Below, one piece after another: positions 37,211 to 51,399 of a stretch of 51,421 nucleotides of DNA. Under the pieces are notes generated by a model, which was given only the letters and a program-made list of their open reading frames with translations, was not told the origin of the DNA and did not search any database. This DNA comes from Octopus bimaculoides (Eukaryota). The stretch covers positions 52,628,496 through 52,679,916 of the forward strand of contig NC_068984.1 of the NCBI RefSeq assembly GCF_001194135.2. Direction: 5' to 3'. A program made the translations under genes and the position numbers. Every line of letters begins with the position of its first letter. Within the stretch, counting starts at the first letter, position 1.

Positions 37211-38411
37211 ACTATGCGGCTTCCCTATAAATATAATATATACATACATACACACACAGACACAGACACATACATACATACATACATACATACATACATA
37301 CATACATACATACAAACATAGAGATCCAATCCATCACTGAAACTGTAAAAGTCAGTAAAACTTTCCAGAAATTTATCATTTAAATATACATGAGCATGTT
37401 TAGATATGCAACTACATGCATGAGAATACATACAGAAAGCAAAACATACAAATCTGCACATATACATACATACATACATACATACATACATACAAACAAA
37501 ATATCCTGATGTTGATGGTGAAATTCCAATGAAGGAGCCTTGAATCTAGGTTAGAAACCTGCTCTTTCTCTATTGGCAAGAAATCTTGAAATAAAACTGA
37601 ACAATGACATACATACATACGCAAACATGTTTGTAACATGTTTCAACTTCTAAAGGCAAATTCACCGCAGTTATATATATATACACACACTTACATACAA
37701 ATATGATACGTACATACATGAAAGCTCGAAATAGGTAGTAATAAACAGTCGACAACTGGGGAGGGGTTAGACTGCCTTTGGTATTCTGTCCTGTACTCAT
37801 CTGTGTGTTTACGTATATTTCACTCGTTGGTGATATCCTATACTTAATGCATTTTTTTTTGTATTTGTCCTGTACTTATCTATCGTGTGCTTACGTATTT
37901 TTCACTTTCTGGTTAAGTCCTGTACTTAATATGCATTTTTAATTATTTCATACATACAGACATACATATATACACACGCAAACATATACATATATACACA
38001 TACATATACTCACACACATGTACACACGCATATATATACATGTATGCATACACACACACACACACACACAAACTCAGAGTGGCTAACGATTTTCAAAGGA
38101 TGTGATTTGCAATTAAGCGAACAATTACTCAACACTGTTAGGCAGAGTGGAATGCCGTTTCTGAATGTGTGAGCCAAGGATGTCACCAAGTACATCAGAA
38201 ACGAGTAGATAACGCATACTGCTGTTAGTTTCGACTAATCGACGTATCACAGAGAAATTAGCTACGGTACGGTGCTCTACTTTTGGCAAGTTTAGAACTT
38301 TAAAATCTTGTACTGATCTTCTTCTGCATGCGCAGACCTAAATGTCTTTTGAAAAAGATCAAAGCTATATGACACAGATAAACACTAAATTCCTTTACAG
38401 CAATTACAACC

Positions 38412-39590
38412 ATGGTTGTTGATATCATTATTACCACTACTCCCGGACGAGCGAAGGTATTTCGCTTCCAAGCAGATATGTGTAGGACCGTTTTTGGAAC
38501 GAGTGACGAATCGGAGATAGTAAAGGACTCAGCTACTTACCTCGATGATCTGTTACAACTTTCCACAGAAAACGTGAGATTCTGTAAAAGGCCGATAACA
38601 GCCACTGAATTTTAAAAAATGTGATAAATGGCTAAATAAAGCGCAAATTTTCACGTCTGGATGGTCGTTAGGAATTTTATGGTTCATTCCAGACTTATCC
38701 GGGGACATCTTGCTGGATATCTACTGCAACTGATAAAAGAATTGGAGAATTCCCTGTCTTGTGATCCAGGGATAGGTAACACTGCTGATGAAAGTTGCTG
38801 ACAAGAGGGCAGTATTAGACAACATTCGGCCCATAACATAACTCTGTTGAACGCAGAATTTAAGACTGGTCAAGAAGTTAGCAAAAAGAGTGGAGCTTTG
38901 TCGTCGGTTGTTTGGTTTCAGAAGTGCATATATGCGCAATCCCGAAGAGGACCATCCACAACACCTCATTCTAATGCAATATACCATAAAGTGGGTTGGG
39001 AATCAAGCTGTTTGCGTTGGTACCTTGATCAATTTATATCAGTCGAAAGCGTTCGATAATATCGATCATCGTTACTGGCAACTGTGCTGGAAGTGGCCAG
39101 TTTCAGGCTCTTGCTCACAAATAGGATTGCTGTAGTGAACAACAGCATCTACTCGGGAAACGACCACCTCTTTGATCCGTTTCGCATGGCATGCTGGGTC
39201 CATGAGGCATATCCCCTTTCAGCTCTTTTGTTTGTGCTTGCCTCTCGAGCTACAAAGCTCGAGTTGTTAAGGGACACCCGTTTCGAACTAGAACGAAGGG
39301 CGGCCATGGCGGCAAATGCAGACAAAATCACTGTCATGGTGTCTTATGCAGCCCGAAATGAAGTTGGTCGGTGCTGCCCTGCAATACGATTTTTGCAGGG
39401 ACAAACATCAATCCAGACAAGTCGGTGGGCTTGCAACTCGGTAACCGGAGAGGTATGTCGTTGTCGTTGGACGGTATGATGGGACACTGGACTAGTTAAA
39501 CTGCTTGAGATCTGGTTCGGTTTTGATTTCCATTTCACTTGAATGCTGGGACCGAACGACAATTAGAGAAATTACTTACATTGATGTCTA
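38412..39590 (+). pseudogene. Tx1/L1-clade LINE ORF2 (reverse transcriptase) fragment, heavily decayed
   Basis: CKRPITATEF, LDNIRPIT.LLNAEFK, LINLYQSKAFDNIDHRY, PLSALLFVLA and ANADKITVMVS correspond to RT motifs (RPISLLN.DYK, D..KAFD, QG.PLS, YADD). Confidence 0.8.
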
Positions 39591-39835
39591 GGGAGATTTG
39601 AGATTGTGAGGTTCTTTGATTGGCCCTAGACCTCCTCTTGTATAAAGTATATTGCATCATCCTTGCCACATTATTTTAATGTTTTGTTAACATGCATACT
39701 TAAATTTTTTGATACATTTTGTTATCATTCGATTTTATGTATGTCCTTTTATCGTCCTGCTCATCCGTCACCACGGTGGCAAATAAAGAATTCGGTATTG
39801 TTGTTGTTATTGTTGTTGTTGTTGTTGAGTGAGAG

Positions 39836-40290
39836 AGCAGTGCATGCCATCAAAGTGACACTGGGTAGAATGTACGAATCCCAGTATATCCATCATGACA
39901 ACCCGTCTGATAAGAGCACACCAGGCACATGCATCACAACCATATGTGCTGACATGGTGATCTCATATCAAGATAAACAGCGAATAACCCTGCAGGTAGG
40001 ACCCAGTCAGAACTTTCTTCAGGTCGAGTAGCTCATCCCCCTCAAAAGGACCCTGAATAAGGTTTGTTTAAGGATGATAAACAAAACACCCATGTTTCCA
40101 GAGGTGAATTTTTCAAACTCCAAAGAATTCCTCTCAACACATGGCTATGATGCTCTTCCACTACTTCTGCTCGTGATCAGAGATGCACATATCGTCAGCC
40201 ACCAAAGGACATGCTCAACTGGTTACGGTCAAACAGCTGACAAGTAAATCTGTGGTATAGAGCAGAATATTTGCTGTAGCCCATCTTTTA
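39836..40290. repeat. Unclassified interspersed repeat, preceded by (GTT)n
   Basis: CATGCCATCAAAGTGACACTGGG...GCTGTAGCCCATCTTTTATACC. Recalled as a common octopus repeat; only one copy in this window, so not confirmed internally. Confidence 0.4.
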
Positions 40291-40329
40291 TACCAAGACA
40301 ATAATGTTATTATTATTATTATGGCATTT

Positions 40330-40487
40330 CGTCCATCTTCACGTTCTGGGTTCAAATTTCGCCGAGGTCGACTTTACCTTTCATCCTTTCGGGGTCGATA
40401 AAATAAGTATCGTTAAGTACTGGGGTCGACATAATCGACTTGTCCTCTCCCACAAAATTGCTGGCCTTGTGCCAAAATTTGAAACCA
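40330..40487 (+). mobile_element. SINE family B, 5'-truncated
   Basis: GGGTTCAAATTTCGCCGAGGTCGACTTTACCTTTCATCCTTTCGGGGTCGATAAAATAAGTA. Confidence 0.85.
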
Positions 40488-40968
40488 TTATTGTTGTTGT
40501 TGTTGTTATTACTTTAGAATCATTATTTCTATTATCACTACTGACTCAAGTATCAGCATCACCACTTCCTGATTATTAGTAATATGAACTCTAACAGACT
40601 ACCAACGAGATAGCATATAATTACTGAGCAATTGTCTAATAAATTGTTGAATAATTAGGAGGGGTTTTTTTTTCTACAAAATTCTTCGCATATTGTCAAC
40701 CATCCCTAATTATTTCTCAAGTAATCGTCAACAAATTTTTCCGCACCTTACATTGAATTTTCTCACACCCCTAATTTGCACAGATCTCTTGCATATCCGT
40801 TGCGTATGTATGTGACCACACAATACAAGTTTTAAAAAATGCATTATATAAAAAAAAAGGGATTGAATTGTACTGCTAACACAGGTAAAGCCTTTAATAT
40901 TCTTGGTAGTATAGTACGCTTACAAGACGAAATACGGTGTCCATACCAGTAATTAATATGTACAAATA

Positions 40969-41348
40969 TGTGACTGTGTGGTAAGAAGCTGGCTTCTCAA
41001 CCACCATGTTCCGGGTTCAGTCCCACTGAGTGGAACCTTGGGCAAGTGTCTTCTACTATAGTCTCGGGCGACCAAAGCCTTGTGAATGGATTTGGTAGAC
41101 AGAAACTGAAAGAAGCCCGTCATACATATATATGTGTAAGTCTTTGTGTCTGTGTTTGTCCCCCATCACTGCTTGGCAACCGATGCTGGTGTGTTTACGT
41201 CCCCGTAACTTAGCGGTTCGAAAAAAGATATCGATAGAATAAGTATTGGGCTTAAAACATAAAGTCCTGGGGTCGATTTGTTCAACTAAAAACTCTTCAA
41301 GGCGGTGCTCTAGCATGGCTGCAGTCAAAATGACTGAAACAAGTAAAA
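40969..41348 (+). mobile_element. SINE family A, full length
   Basis: All modules present; tail-to-tail with a family B fragment. Confidence 0.9.
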
Positions 41349-41468
41349 TACATATATTCTTTTCCACTCTAGGTACAAGGCCTGAAATTTTGGAGGAGGG
41401 GGCCCGTCAATTAGATCGACCCCAGCGTGCAACTGTTACTTAATTTATCGACCCCTAAAGGATGAAAT
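41349..41468 (-). mobile_element. SINE family B, 3' part, abutting the mariner remnant
   Basis: TTCCACTCTAGGTACAAGGCCTGAAATTTTGG...TTTATCGACCCC. Confidence 0.8.
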
Positions 41469-41469
41469 G

Positions 41470-42002
41470 AAGGTTATGGTGACTGTTTGGTGGTGTACTG
41501 CTGGACTCATCCACTATAACTTCTTAAAACCTGGAAAAACCATTGCTGCAGAAAAATATATTGCCATGAAATTGCCAAAATGAACGAAAAACTGCTACTT
41601 CTCCGCCCCAGACTGGTCAACAGAAGGGGGGCCAATTATTTTTCATGACAATGCTCAACCACACATTTCACTAATGACGCTCCAGAAGTTGAGGGAACTT
41701 GGCTACGAAGTTCTTCTCCACCCAGCTTATTCCCCAGACCTTTCTCCTACCGACTACCACTTTTTCTTGCGAGAAAAAGAGTTCAAAAATGAAACCGATG
41801 CTGAAAGTACGTTCTAAGAGTTCGTCAGCTCCAGAACTCCAGATTTTTATGTTATTAGAATAAACAAATTTGTAACTCGTTGGCAAAAATGTGTTAATTG
41901 TAATGGTACTTACTTTGATGAATAAAATTGCCGCATTGTTGAAATATATTGTGATGAATTTCATGTTTCAAAATGTTGCTTACTTTTTACTCTGCCTGAT
42001 AT
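41470..42002 (+). pseudogene. mariner (cecropia/Hsmar1-like, DD34D) transposase 3' half with 3' TIR-like end
   Basis: KVMVTVWW..GLIHYNFLKPG, LVNRRGPIIFHDNAQPH, HPAYSPDLSPTDYHFF (34 residues between the two D), RWQKCVNCNGTYFDE* ending at 41925. Confidence 0.88.
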
Positions 42003-42093
42003 NNNNNNNNNNNNNNNNNNNNNNNNNNNNNNNNNNNNNNNNNNNNNNNNNNNNNNNNNNNNNNNNNNNNNNNNNNATATATATATATATATA

Positions 42094-42430
42094 CTAGTAG
42101 TTAAACCCGGTTTCACCCGGTCTGTTTGGATGATGTGGCTGTGATTGTTTTCGGTTTCTAATCATTAAAAGATTTATTTAATTATGAACATAGAAAGAAA
42201 TTATACATTAATCGCAATTTTTGTAAGCAGTTTTATTCGTAAAAATTATATTTGTAGAGAGCAGAAATTGAAAGATATATGAAATGGACGTGCGTGTGTG
42301 TGAGAGAGAGAGAGAGGGAGAAAGTGAGTAAGAAAGAGAGATAGAGTGAGTGAGTGAAGTTGCGTGTCATTGACTTAGTTGGCTGGCACGGCAAGTACGA
42401 AGCTTTTGTATATATATACGTAAATGTAGA
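42094..42430 (-). mobile_element. Non-autonomous Helitron-like element (3' end at 42094)
   Basis: Minus strand ...CCGG-GTGAAA-CCGG-GTTTAACTA-CTAG|T into (TA)n; the hairpin is degenerate and the 5' boundary is uncertain. Confidence 0.45.
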
Positions 42431-42479
42431 ACGATGAAACGAGTGCTCAACACCGCATTGGTGGATCTCACAAATAAAG

Positions 42480-43385
<906 letters not shown>

Positions 43386-43735
43386 TGATAGTGGGGTGAG
43401 TATTACATGCAATGTATATTTATATCAACGCTGTTAGGTAGGTCGAAGAAGATCATCTTTCACGAGTAGCAACCCACTCCCATCTCTCTCTCTCTCTCTC
43501 TTTCTCTCATATGCAGGTAAGATATACTTCTGAAATAAAGGTCTTCTTCGCTTTTAACACAATATAGGACGAGGGCAGAAATATGAGTAAAGCAAGCTTA
43601 AAGATAAACATTTCTTCATATTGGCATTCAGAAATATCCTCTAATATAACTTGCTCTATTGTAATTTATGTTGCCGAAATACTTATAAATACATCCTTAA
43701 TTTTTCATTTGTCTAACCCATCCCCTGTTCTCTCT

Positions 43736-43786
<51 letters not shown>

Positions 43787-43933
43787 TATTTTCCCACTAT
43801 CGTTCTTTTCTTCTTTCTCTCCTTTCTGCTTTATTTGTTTTTCTTCTCATTCTTAATATGCATCTTTGTGTCTCACTTTTTTCTTTCTTTTACGCATATT
43901 CTCTACCGGTCTCTCCTCCTTTATTTTGCCTTC

Positions 43934-44020
43934 TCTCTTCCTCTCTCCATTTTCTCTCTTCCTCTCTCCATCTTCTCTCTTCCTCTCTCCATCTTCTCTC
44001 TCCATCTTCTCTCTCCATTT
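43934..44020. repeat. 21-bp pyrimidine minisatellite (~3 units plus partial units)
   Basis: CTCTCTTCCTCTCTCCATYTT repeated. Confidence 0.8.
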
Positions 44021-44505
44021 ATCTCTCACCCTAAGTTCCTTTCTATCTATCTATCTATCTAAATCTTGATCTTTAGCTATATGTGCGTATTGTGTGTATG
44101 CGAGTGTGTATGTATTTACGTATGTATGTGTGTATGTATGTACAGTCAAAGGTGCTTAATAAATGGCCATCCTCTCACTTTTTAAAAATAAGGTGTAGTG
44201 TATCCAGGATTGCATTTATCCAATACCCCCCCCCCCTTTATTTTTATAGTACAATAAGGCATGAATTGAGAGAAATCTATTATTTAAAGTAGGTAGCGTG
44301 ACTGTATAAGGATTTTCTCGTTTGTAGTCTGTCAGTTGTGCAAATTCTTCAAGCGGAAAATTTGAGTGTAACTGTTACTCAACAGCTAATAAGTTATAGT
44401 TCATCGGACTCATATGTAACACCATAGTTATATGCGTGTATACAATAGTGTATGTATATATATATATTTCTCCTTTCCACCACCCTTCTCTTTTTCTTTC
44501 CTTTC

Positions 44506-44542
44506 TTTTCTGATGAAGAACTCTATCTCCGAAACGTCAAAA
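44506..44542 (+). ncRNA. Minimal hammerhead ribozyme motif, stem II degenerate (Penelope-like)
   Basis: TTTT-CTGATGA-AGAACTCTATCTCC-GAAA-CG-TC-AAAA: palindromic ACGT stem III, GUC triplet, U4/A4 stem I; AATAAA at 44582. Confidence 0.5.
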
Positions 44543-45594
44543 AACTTTTTTCTTTCCCCTTTTTCTTTAAAGCGTGAAACTAATAAAGCCTTTGTGAAAA
44601 TTACCCCTTTTGTTTTTTTTCTTGTTTTTTTTTCGATCGAGAGAGAGAGAGAGGGGGAGAGAGAGAGAGGNNNNNNNNNNNNNNNNNNNNNNNNNNNNNN
44701 NNNNNNNNNNNNNNNNNNNNNNNNNNNNNNNNNNNNNNNNNNNNNNNNNNNNNNNNNNNNNNNNNNNNNNNNNNNNNNNNNNNNNNNNNNNNNNNNNNNN
44801 NNNNNNNNNNNNNNNNNNNGAGGGAGAGAGAGAGAGGGAGAGAGAGAGAGGGAGAGAGAGAGGGAGAGAGAGAGAGGGGGGGGAGACCCACACACACACA
44901 AAGACAGGGAGAGTAAAAAGAGATAGAATAGAGAAGTGAAAAAGACATGGTTTATTAGTCGAGTTTTTCGACTGAAACCCTCTCCAAAATATCTATTTTT
45001 CTAAGGTAGAAAACAGTGTTTAGTTTCATCCTCGGACCTTCTCTGTTTAAACCACGATGATGAAAACTCTATCTGGAAGTGGGTGTTGATTTAAATGACT
45101 ATAAACTTGTAGCTTATGACTTACTAGTGTAGTGTTCTTTTTGCGTCATCAGGTCAACGAATTACCCTAGATGATTTCCTTGTATGCTCTACGTGCTTGA
45201 TAGGGAATTTTTGTTAGAGAATACAAAAGTGGTTCCCCGTTGCCTTCTTTCGGATATTTTTTCTTTCACTTACGTGGCACTAAGTTGTCGACAAGAAACA
45301 GACATATCTGTTACGCCTGTCTGGGTACTCAGAACGTATGGAACCAAAACATGCTGTGTAAGGCATTTTGTCCAATGCTTTTTACAATTCCGCCAAGCCA
45401 CCACATTAGGTTGGTATTTCATTTTATCAATACCAGAAGGATAAAGTTGAACTCAGGACGTTAAGAGCTAGAATACTGCAAGGTATTTTGGCCGACTCTC
45501 TAATGTTACTTCCAATTCTTAGTCCGAAACGAATAAATTGTAATTAACGTATTTTCCGGCATACAAGTCGAATTTTTCAGACCAAAATTTAAAA

Positions 45595-45740
45595 TAATAA
45601 TAATAATAATAATAATGATGATGATGATGATGATGATAATGATGATGATGATGAGGGTGATGATGATCATGATGATCATGATGATAATAATAGTAATAAT
45701 AATAATGATGATGATTATGATGATGATGATGATGATGATG

Positions 45741-45793
<53 letters not shown>
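45595..45793. repeat. Compound (AAT)n/(GAT)n microsatellite
   Basis: Direct reading. Confidence 0.95.
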
Positions 45794-45794
<1 letters not shown>

Positions 45795-45998
45795 GTTTCA
45801 AATTTTTCCGCAAGGGCAGCAATTTTGTGGGAGGGAATGGGTCGATTACATCGATCCCAGCATTCAACTGGTACTTATTTTATTGACTCCGAAAGGATGA
45901 AAGGCAAAGTCGACCTCGGCGGGATTGAACTCAGAACGGAGCGACGTGCGAAATACCACTAAGCATTTCATCCAGCGTGCTAACGATTCTGCCAGCTC
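45794..45998 (-). mobile_element. SINE family B with long (AAT)/(GAT) tail (45595-45793)
   Basis: Family B modules on the minus strand. Confidence 0.85.
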
Positions 45999-46017
45999 GC
46001 GCGCGCGCGTTCACACA

Positions 46018-46170
46018 CACACTGTTTCTGTCAACCAAATTCACTCACGAGGCATTGGTCGGCGCAGGACTTTAGTAGAAGATACACGACTAAAGTGCCG
46101 CGCAGTGGGACTCAACCCGAAAACTACGTGGCGACAAAGTAACTTTCAAAACCATACACCCATGCCTGTT
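46018..46170 (-). mobile_element. SINE family A, decayed 5' half
   Basis: GTTTCTGTCAACCAAATTCACTCACGAGGC...GCAGTGGGACTCAACCC. Confidence 0.7.
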
Positions 46171-46302
46171 TTATTATTATTATTATTTCTGTATAATTGT
46201 TTAACTCCAAGTCAGGCCTGATTGAGCAGACGGAGGAGCAAAGGTAAATCAGCTGTGACCATCCCGTCTGCTTTTCATTCCTTTCAGATAATAAATCTAG
46301 GA

Positions 46303-46400
46303 CAGTGGTTCTCAAGGATTTTTTTTTTTTACATATGGACCCCTTTTGATTCCTATTTTACTTGGATGGGCCCTCATAACTATTTGAACTAATTAAATAT
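46303..46400. mobile_element. hAT-Charlie-type terminus fragment
   Basis: ATCTAGGA|CAGTGGTTCTCAA. Confidence 0.55.
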
Positions 46401-46406
46401 TATATT

Positions 46407-46575
46407 AGGTGCAGGAGTGGCTGTGTGGTAAGTTCTTGCTTAGCAACCACATGGTTCCGGATTCAGTCACACTGCATGGCACCTTGGGCAAGTGTTTTCT
46501 ACTATAGCCTCGAGCCGACCAAAACCTTGTGAGTGGATTTGGGAGACGGAAACTGAAAGAAGCCCGTCATATATA
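46407..46575 (+). mobile_element. SINE family A, 5' half
   Basis: GGTGCAGGAGTGGCTGTGTGGTAAG head through GAAACTGAAAGAAGCCCGTC. Confidence 0.88.
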
Positions 46576-46990
46576 TATGTGTATGTATATCTTTATATGT
46601 CTGTGTTGATAAGTCTAATATATCCTTCCATTACTTAAAGTTGTAAGGTGTGATTTGAGGAAGATTTGGCTGCTATTTATTGCAAAGTCGAGCAGAGACA
46701 TCATCGTTGACAATATAATGGATTGTTCGTTTAACAATTACTCACAATTTCTCCATTGTTTTTGACTGAAGTGAGAGAAAAAGTTTTATTTCCTCATTTT
46801 TGACAAACCGGTCTTTGTTTTTCATTTGAACTTTTTTTTTCTCTGGTCCCTTATCTCTGCTGTAGAAATCTCTGAAAGTTCTCTTTTGTTTTGAATGGGA
46901 AGAAGAGGAAAGGAAATAAAAAAAAGTTCAGTGAGACAGGAACACATGCATTCATGCACACGTGTACGCGCGCACGCACACACACACACA

Positions 46991-47033
<43 letters not shown>

Positions 47034-47834
47034 TTTTGCTCGATCGGTCTTCATACATACTGTAGCGAATTAATGCGTAACTTATGGCTCTTGTATTCCG
47101 ACTATAAATTCTCATTTGTACTTACCATCATAGGTGCATTAAAGTACCTACAAATTTACACAAAAACCTTGAAATAGTAGATTTTTCGAAGAAAGAACAA
47201 AACAAACTGACGCGGATTCCCCAAATCCAAACTATTAATGGCACAGTGAAGATTTGTAAGACATTCCAAAAATTCTTCATCTGATATTCTTTAGGTGAAT
47301 AGATGCACACACTCGGGTGTGTGCATCAACAGCTCAACCAATACAACAACTCAACCACATATTTAGAAACACCGGGAACTCTCTTAACTCAAAAAGTCTT
47401 GTCGCTTTGTTGGCAACTAGCTTGAATTCATNNNNNNNNNNNNNNNNNNNNNNNNNNNNNNNNNNNNNNNNNNNNNNNNNNNNNNNNNNNNNNNNNNNNN
47501 NNNNNNNNNNNNNNNNNNNNNNNNNNNNNNNNNNNNNNNNNNNNNNNNNNNNNNNNNNNNNNNNNNNNNNNNNNNNNNNNNNNNNNNNNNNNNNNNNNNN
47601 NNNNNNNNNNNNNNNNNNNNNNNNNNNNNNNNNNNNNNNNNNNNNNNNNNNNNNNNNNNNNNNNNNNNNNNNNNNNNNNNNNNNNNNNNNNNNNCTCAGG
47701 TCCAAGAAAGACGATTCCGCAATTTCTTGCTGAACAACCTGCTCAGGTGATTTGTTTGTAGTGATCAAATATCTGTGTTGTACCTGACCTCACTCTTTCC
47801 ATCAAATTGACATTGCCTGTACGGCTGCACGGTT

Positions 47835-47992
47835 TATCACTCGTCAGATGTCGAAGCGTTCGCAGAGCAACGTGAAATATGAACTGTTTTGCTCAAGAAC
47901 ACTAAACACTGCCTTGTCAACGAATCGAAACTACGATTTCGCGATCGTGAATGCAACATCCTAACCACTAGACCACTCGCCCTCTCAAACAT
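47835..47992 (-). mobile_element. tRNA-headed CORE-like SINE (family E), 5' part
   Basis: A-box TGGTCTAGTGG, B-box-like GTTTCGATTC, then GTGTTCTTGAGCAAAACA resembling the CORE motif. Confidence 0.6.
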
Positions 47993-48686
47993 ATGTCCAT
48001 ACATAAATACATACATACATACATACATACATACATACATACATACATACATACATACATACACACATACATACATACATACATACATACAGTGCATACA
48101 CATTTTCATCGACAATAATCAAACAAGAATCTTTTTTTTTAATTAGGCCATTTTTGAAAATCTGGGTCTCACTTGCTTCAAGTAATACTGGCGAATAGCT
48201 TTATATTATAAGTGGTATGTTGTGAGTTTCTATGCAACACTAGATTGTGATAGTATAGTGATTATATAAATATATCACTAAAACATTTATGAACTGAATC
48301 AGTGAGCTGTATTATTATAAGTGCTTTATTGACTATATAAATACCACGCAATTATAACTTATTCATAATCATTATTCTTTGTAAATGATAATTCTTTCTT
48401 AATGATGTGGCACAACTTATTCATATGTGTATTAATAATATGCTCATAAATGAGAACAACATTCTTCTGTAATCAGTTAGTCAACAAAAGCCATCAGTAT
48501 TAAAATTATAATTGTAAAGAGAATAACTGTTTGTTGTCTGTTTTTGGAAATGTACCGTAATATATTGACTTTAAAAAAAATAAATAAAACAGAAAAGAAA
48601 AGTTTCATTAGAGATCAAAGTCTATCTAAAGGATAACGAACTTGAACAAGCCTTGATTCCATGAACATTGTTGTGGCTTCTATATT

Positions 48687-48897
48687 CTTTTCTACTCTAG
48701 GCACGAGGCCCGAAATTTTGGGGGAAGGGGCCAGTCGATTAGATCGACCCCGTACACGACTGCTACTTAATTTATCGACCCCGAAAGGATGAGAGGCAAA
48801 GTCGACCTCGGCTTCATTTGAATTCAGAACGTAAAAAGAGACGAAATAACGCTAAGCATTTCGCCCGGTGTGCTAACGTTTCTGCCAGCTCACCGCC
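48687..48897 (-). mobile_element. SINE family B, full length, perfect 19-bp TSD
   Basis: TTGTTGTGGCTTCTATATT at 48668-48686 and 48898-48916. Confidence 0.92.
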
Positions 48898-49259
48898 TTG
48901 TTGTGGCTTCTATATTGTCAAAAGATATGATTCAACTAACAGCGGTTAATGAAAAACCAGCTCAAACGAAGACTAGTCCAACTGAGTGTGTTGTATCAAA
49001 TCATATAAATATAATATTTTTGACTACGCCGGCTTAGGAATATTAGAAAGCACCGAGCTTAATGAAGCAATAAAACGGGGAGCATAAATATTTCTAATAG
49101 AATTTCCAAAAGATGATTTAGTACATACGTTTTCTGTCTTTAATGTAACTAAAACATTCACGTGATGCAAAAAAGACTTTTTTATTTTCCATGTCAATTA
49201 ATCAATAACCTTCAGCACCAGCGGTGATATACTCTTTCTACTATTTCAAGAGTAAATAT

Positions 49260-50975
49260 TAAGTAAAGGAATCTTAGTGAAAGGTTATCAGAGAAGAGGA
49301 ATAGTGTCCATCTCAAGCTTTGTTTTGCAAACTTGCAAAATTTAGAATTACGATACATCATATTTCAATAAATCTTCTGTTGAAGGTCCTTTGGTTTAAA
49401 TTATTCGACAACAGATAAATATTTGGAAGAAATGTACTGGATATTACACTCTTTTGTGGAGAACAAGATCAACTTTTAAAGACAAAGCCCACATTGTTGA
49501 CAAAAAGACAATGAACATTTCTAAGGAAATTCGGAACAGATTAGTCTTTATGAATAGTCGAACGAATTTAAGGTTTCTTGAATTAAAAAAGCACGAACGC
49601 AAGCTCAGTCAGAATGAGTTTATTAGTTGTTGTGCCAATGAAGCTTGAAAGTTTTTTTTTTTAACAGAACGTGTATAATTCTGGCTCGTCAGATATAGAA
49701 CAAACTGCATATTAGTATTATACGTTATCTTAATAAAGTTATTAACCAATCTGAAGTAAAAGAAAGACTTTTTGATTTCTCAAAAAGACGATGATGTGGC
49801 CAAATTAAAACTTGATATTAAAAAGAAAAGCGTGATACTTCATTGTCTATAAATCTTTGTCTACTCTACGATAACAAGAATAATATGAATGATAGCTGAA
49901 CGGTTTTGTTAAGTGAATCCAGTCCTCTGTATTTTTCCTTATGTCTGCCATAGTCTTGTTTCATGTGGAGCTCGTGCATCAAAATGTTGCAATGGAAACT
50001 CTTTCTTTTCATCTGTTCAGAATCTCTACAATATATTTAGAAAGCTTAACGATAACAAATTCCAAGAAATTGACAAGAAATTTCAGTGCATAAAACCTCT
50101 GTGAGAGTTGAAAGTCTTACGCCTTCGCAGTTCACATTCCTGGCATGTAACGAACAAGTATATCTTTGCTTACCCTGAATTTAACTTCAGAAACAATTTA
50201 AAACGTGAGGGGTATCCCAACTTATTTGAATTCCTTTGAGTGTATTATTATGGTATTAATTTGGAACAAAATTTTAACAGCTATTTACTGTTGTAATATT
50301 TGCTCTTCGGGTTTTCCTTGGTGAAGGTAAAATTGAAAATATTGGAAACCCAAATGAGATTTTCAACAAGAGACAGACGTTGAAAAGAAGTTCTTTGATG
50401 AAGCTGAGAACGCAGATGTATACACAGTACTTAACTTACCATCGAAATAAAAGTATTTTGTGGAATATTTAGCTCCACTATTCCAATCATTTCAAGACGC
50501 TTCAATGTTGCAATTTATTTCAGTAGTTTGTATTCATTTGGAAATATCCTGAAAAAGAAAATGAACAAATTGAACTCTATATCAATCAATTATGGGAAGA
50601 TATATCAATAAATCAGCTGAGGCGAAAGATGAAATGTTCCATGTTAAAATCAATACATGAATCATATATTCTCTAACCTCAAATCCGCCAATCCACCAAC
50701 TGAATCATCGACGAAACTTAGAGTGCTGCAACTTATTGCAGTATTATTCCTAAAAGTAAATATAGCACTTCGAATATTTTGCTGCCTACCAGTCACAGTG
50801 GCACAGACTGAAAAATCTTTCAGCGTATTCACTCGTATTAAGAATGCTATGAGATCAACGATGTGCCAAAAAACAGGTTATCTAATCTGAGAATCTCGGC
50901 AGTCAAATATCATCTCTTATATGTGAACTTAGTAATTATGACTTTGTAATTGATGTTTTTGCTAGTCGTAAGATT
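49260..50975 (+). pseudogene. hAT transposase remnant (ZMYM1/Tip100-like) with C-terminal dimerisation domain
   Basis: QNEFISCCA, FFSSVQNLYNIF, VNIALRIFCCLPVTVAQTEKSFS..RIKNAMRSTMCQ and IDVFASRK. The 5' boundary is approximate. Confidence 0.8.
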
Positions 50976-51185
50976 GCAGTCCCTTGTTATTAATATTACG
51001 AATACATGTTGTTATATTTGATAAAATAAACTTAATTCTATTATGTTTTGACTTGGTTATAATCATTTTTTTCCCTTTCTTATTCTTAGGAGAACTTTAG
51101 CAGTCAAAATCAACAATTTAGCTGCTCACCAATAAACAGATAAATAAATAAACGAATAAATAGATAAACAAATTCTGAAGAAACA

Positions 51186-51335
51186 GGCGCAGACGTGACT
51201 GTTACAAGAGGTTTCTTTCCCAATCACATGATTTCAGGTTCAGTCCCACGGCGTGGCACCTTGGGCAAGGTCTTCCACTGTAGCCTCGGGTCGACCAAAA
51301 CCTTGTGAGTGGATTTAGTAGACGGAAACTGAAAG
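51186..51335 (+). mobile_element. SINE family A, 5' half
   Basis: CAGGTTCAGTCCCACGGCGTGGCACCTTGGGCAAG...GTGAGTGGATTTAGTAGACGGAAACTGAAAG. Confidence 0.85.
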
Positions 51336-51362
51336 AGTTAATCGTATACAAGCACACACACA

Positions 51363-51399
<37 letters not shown>

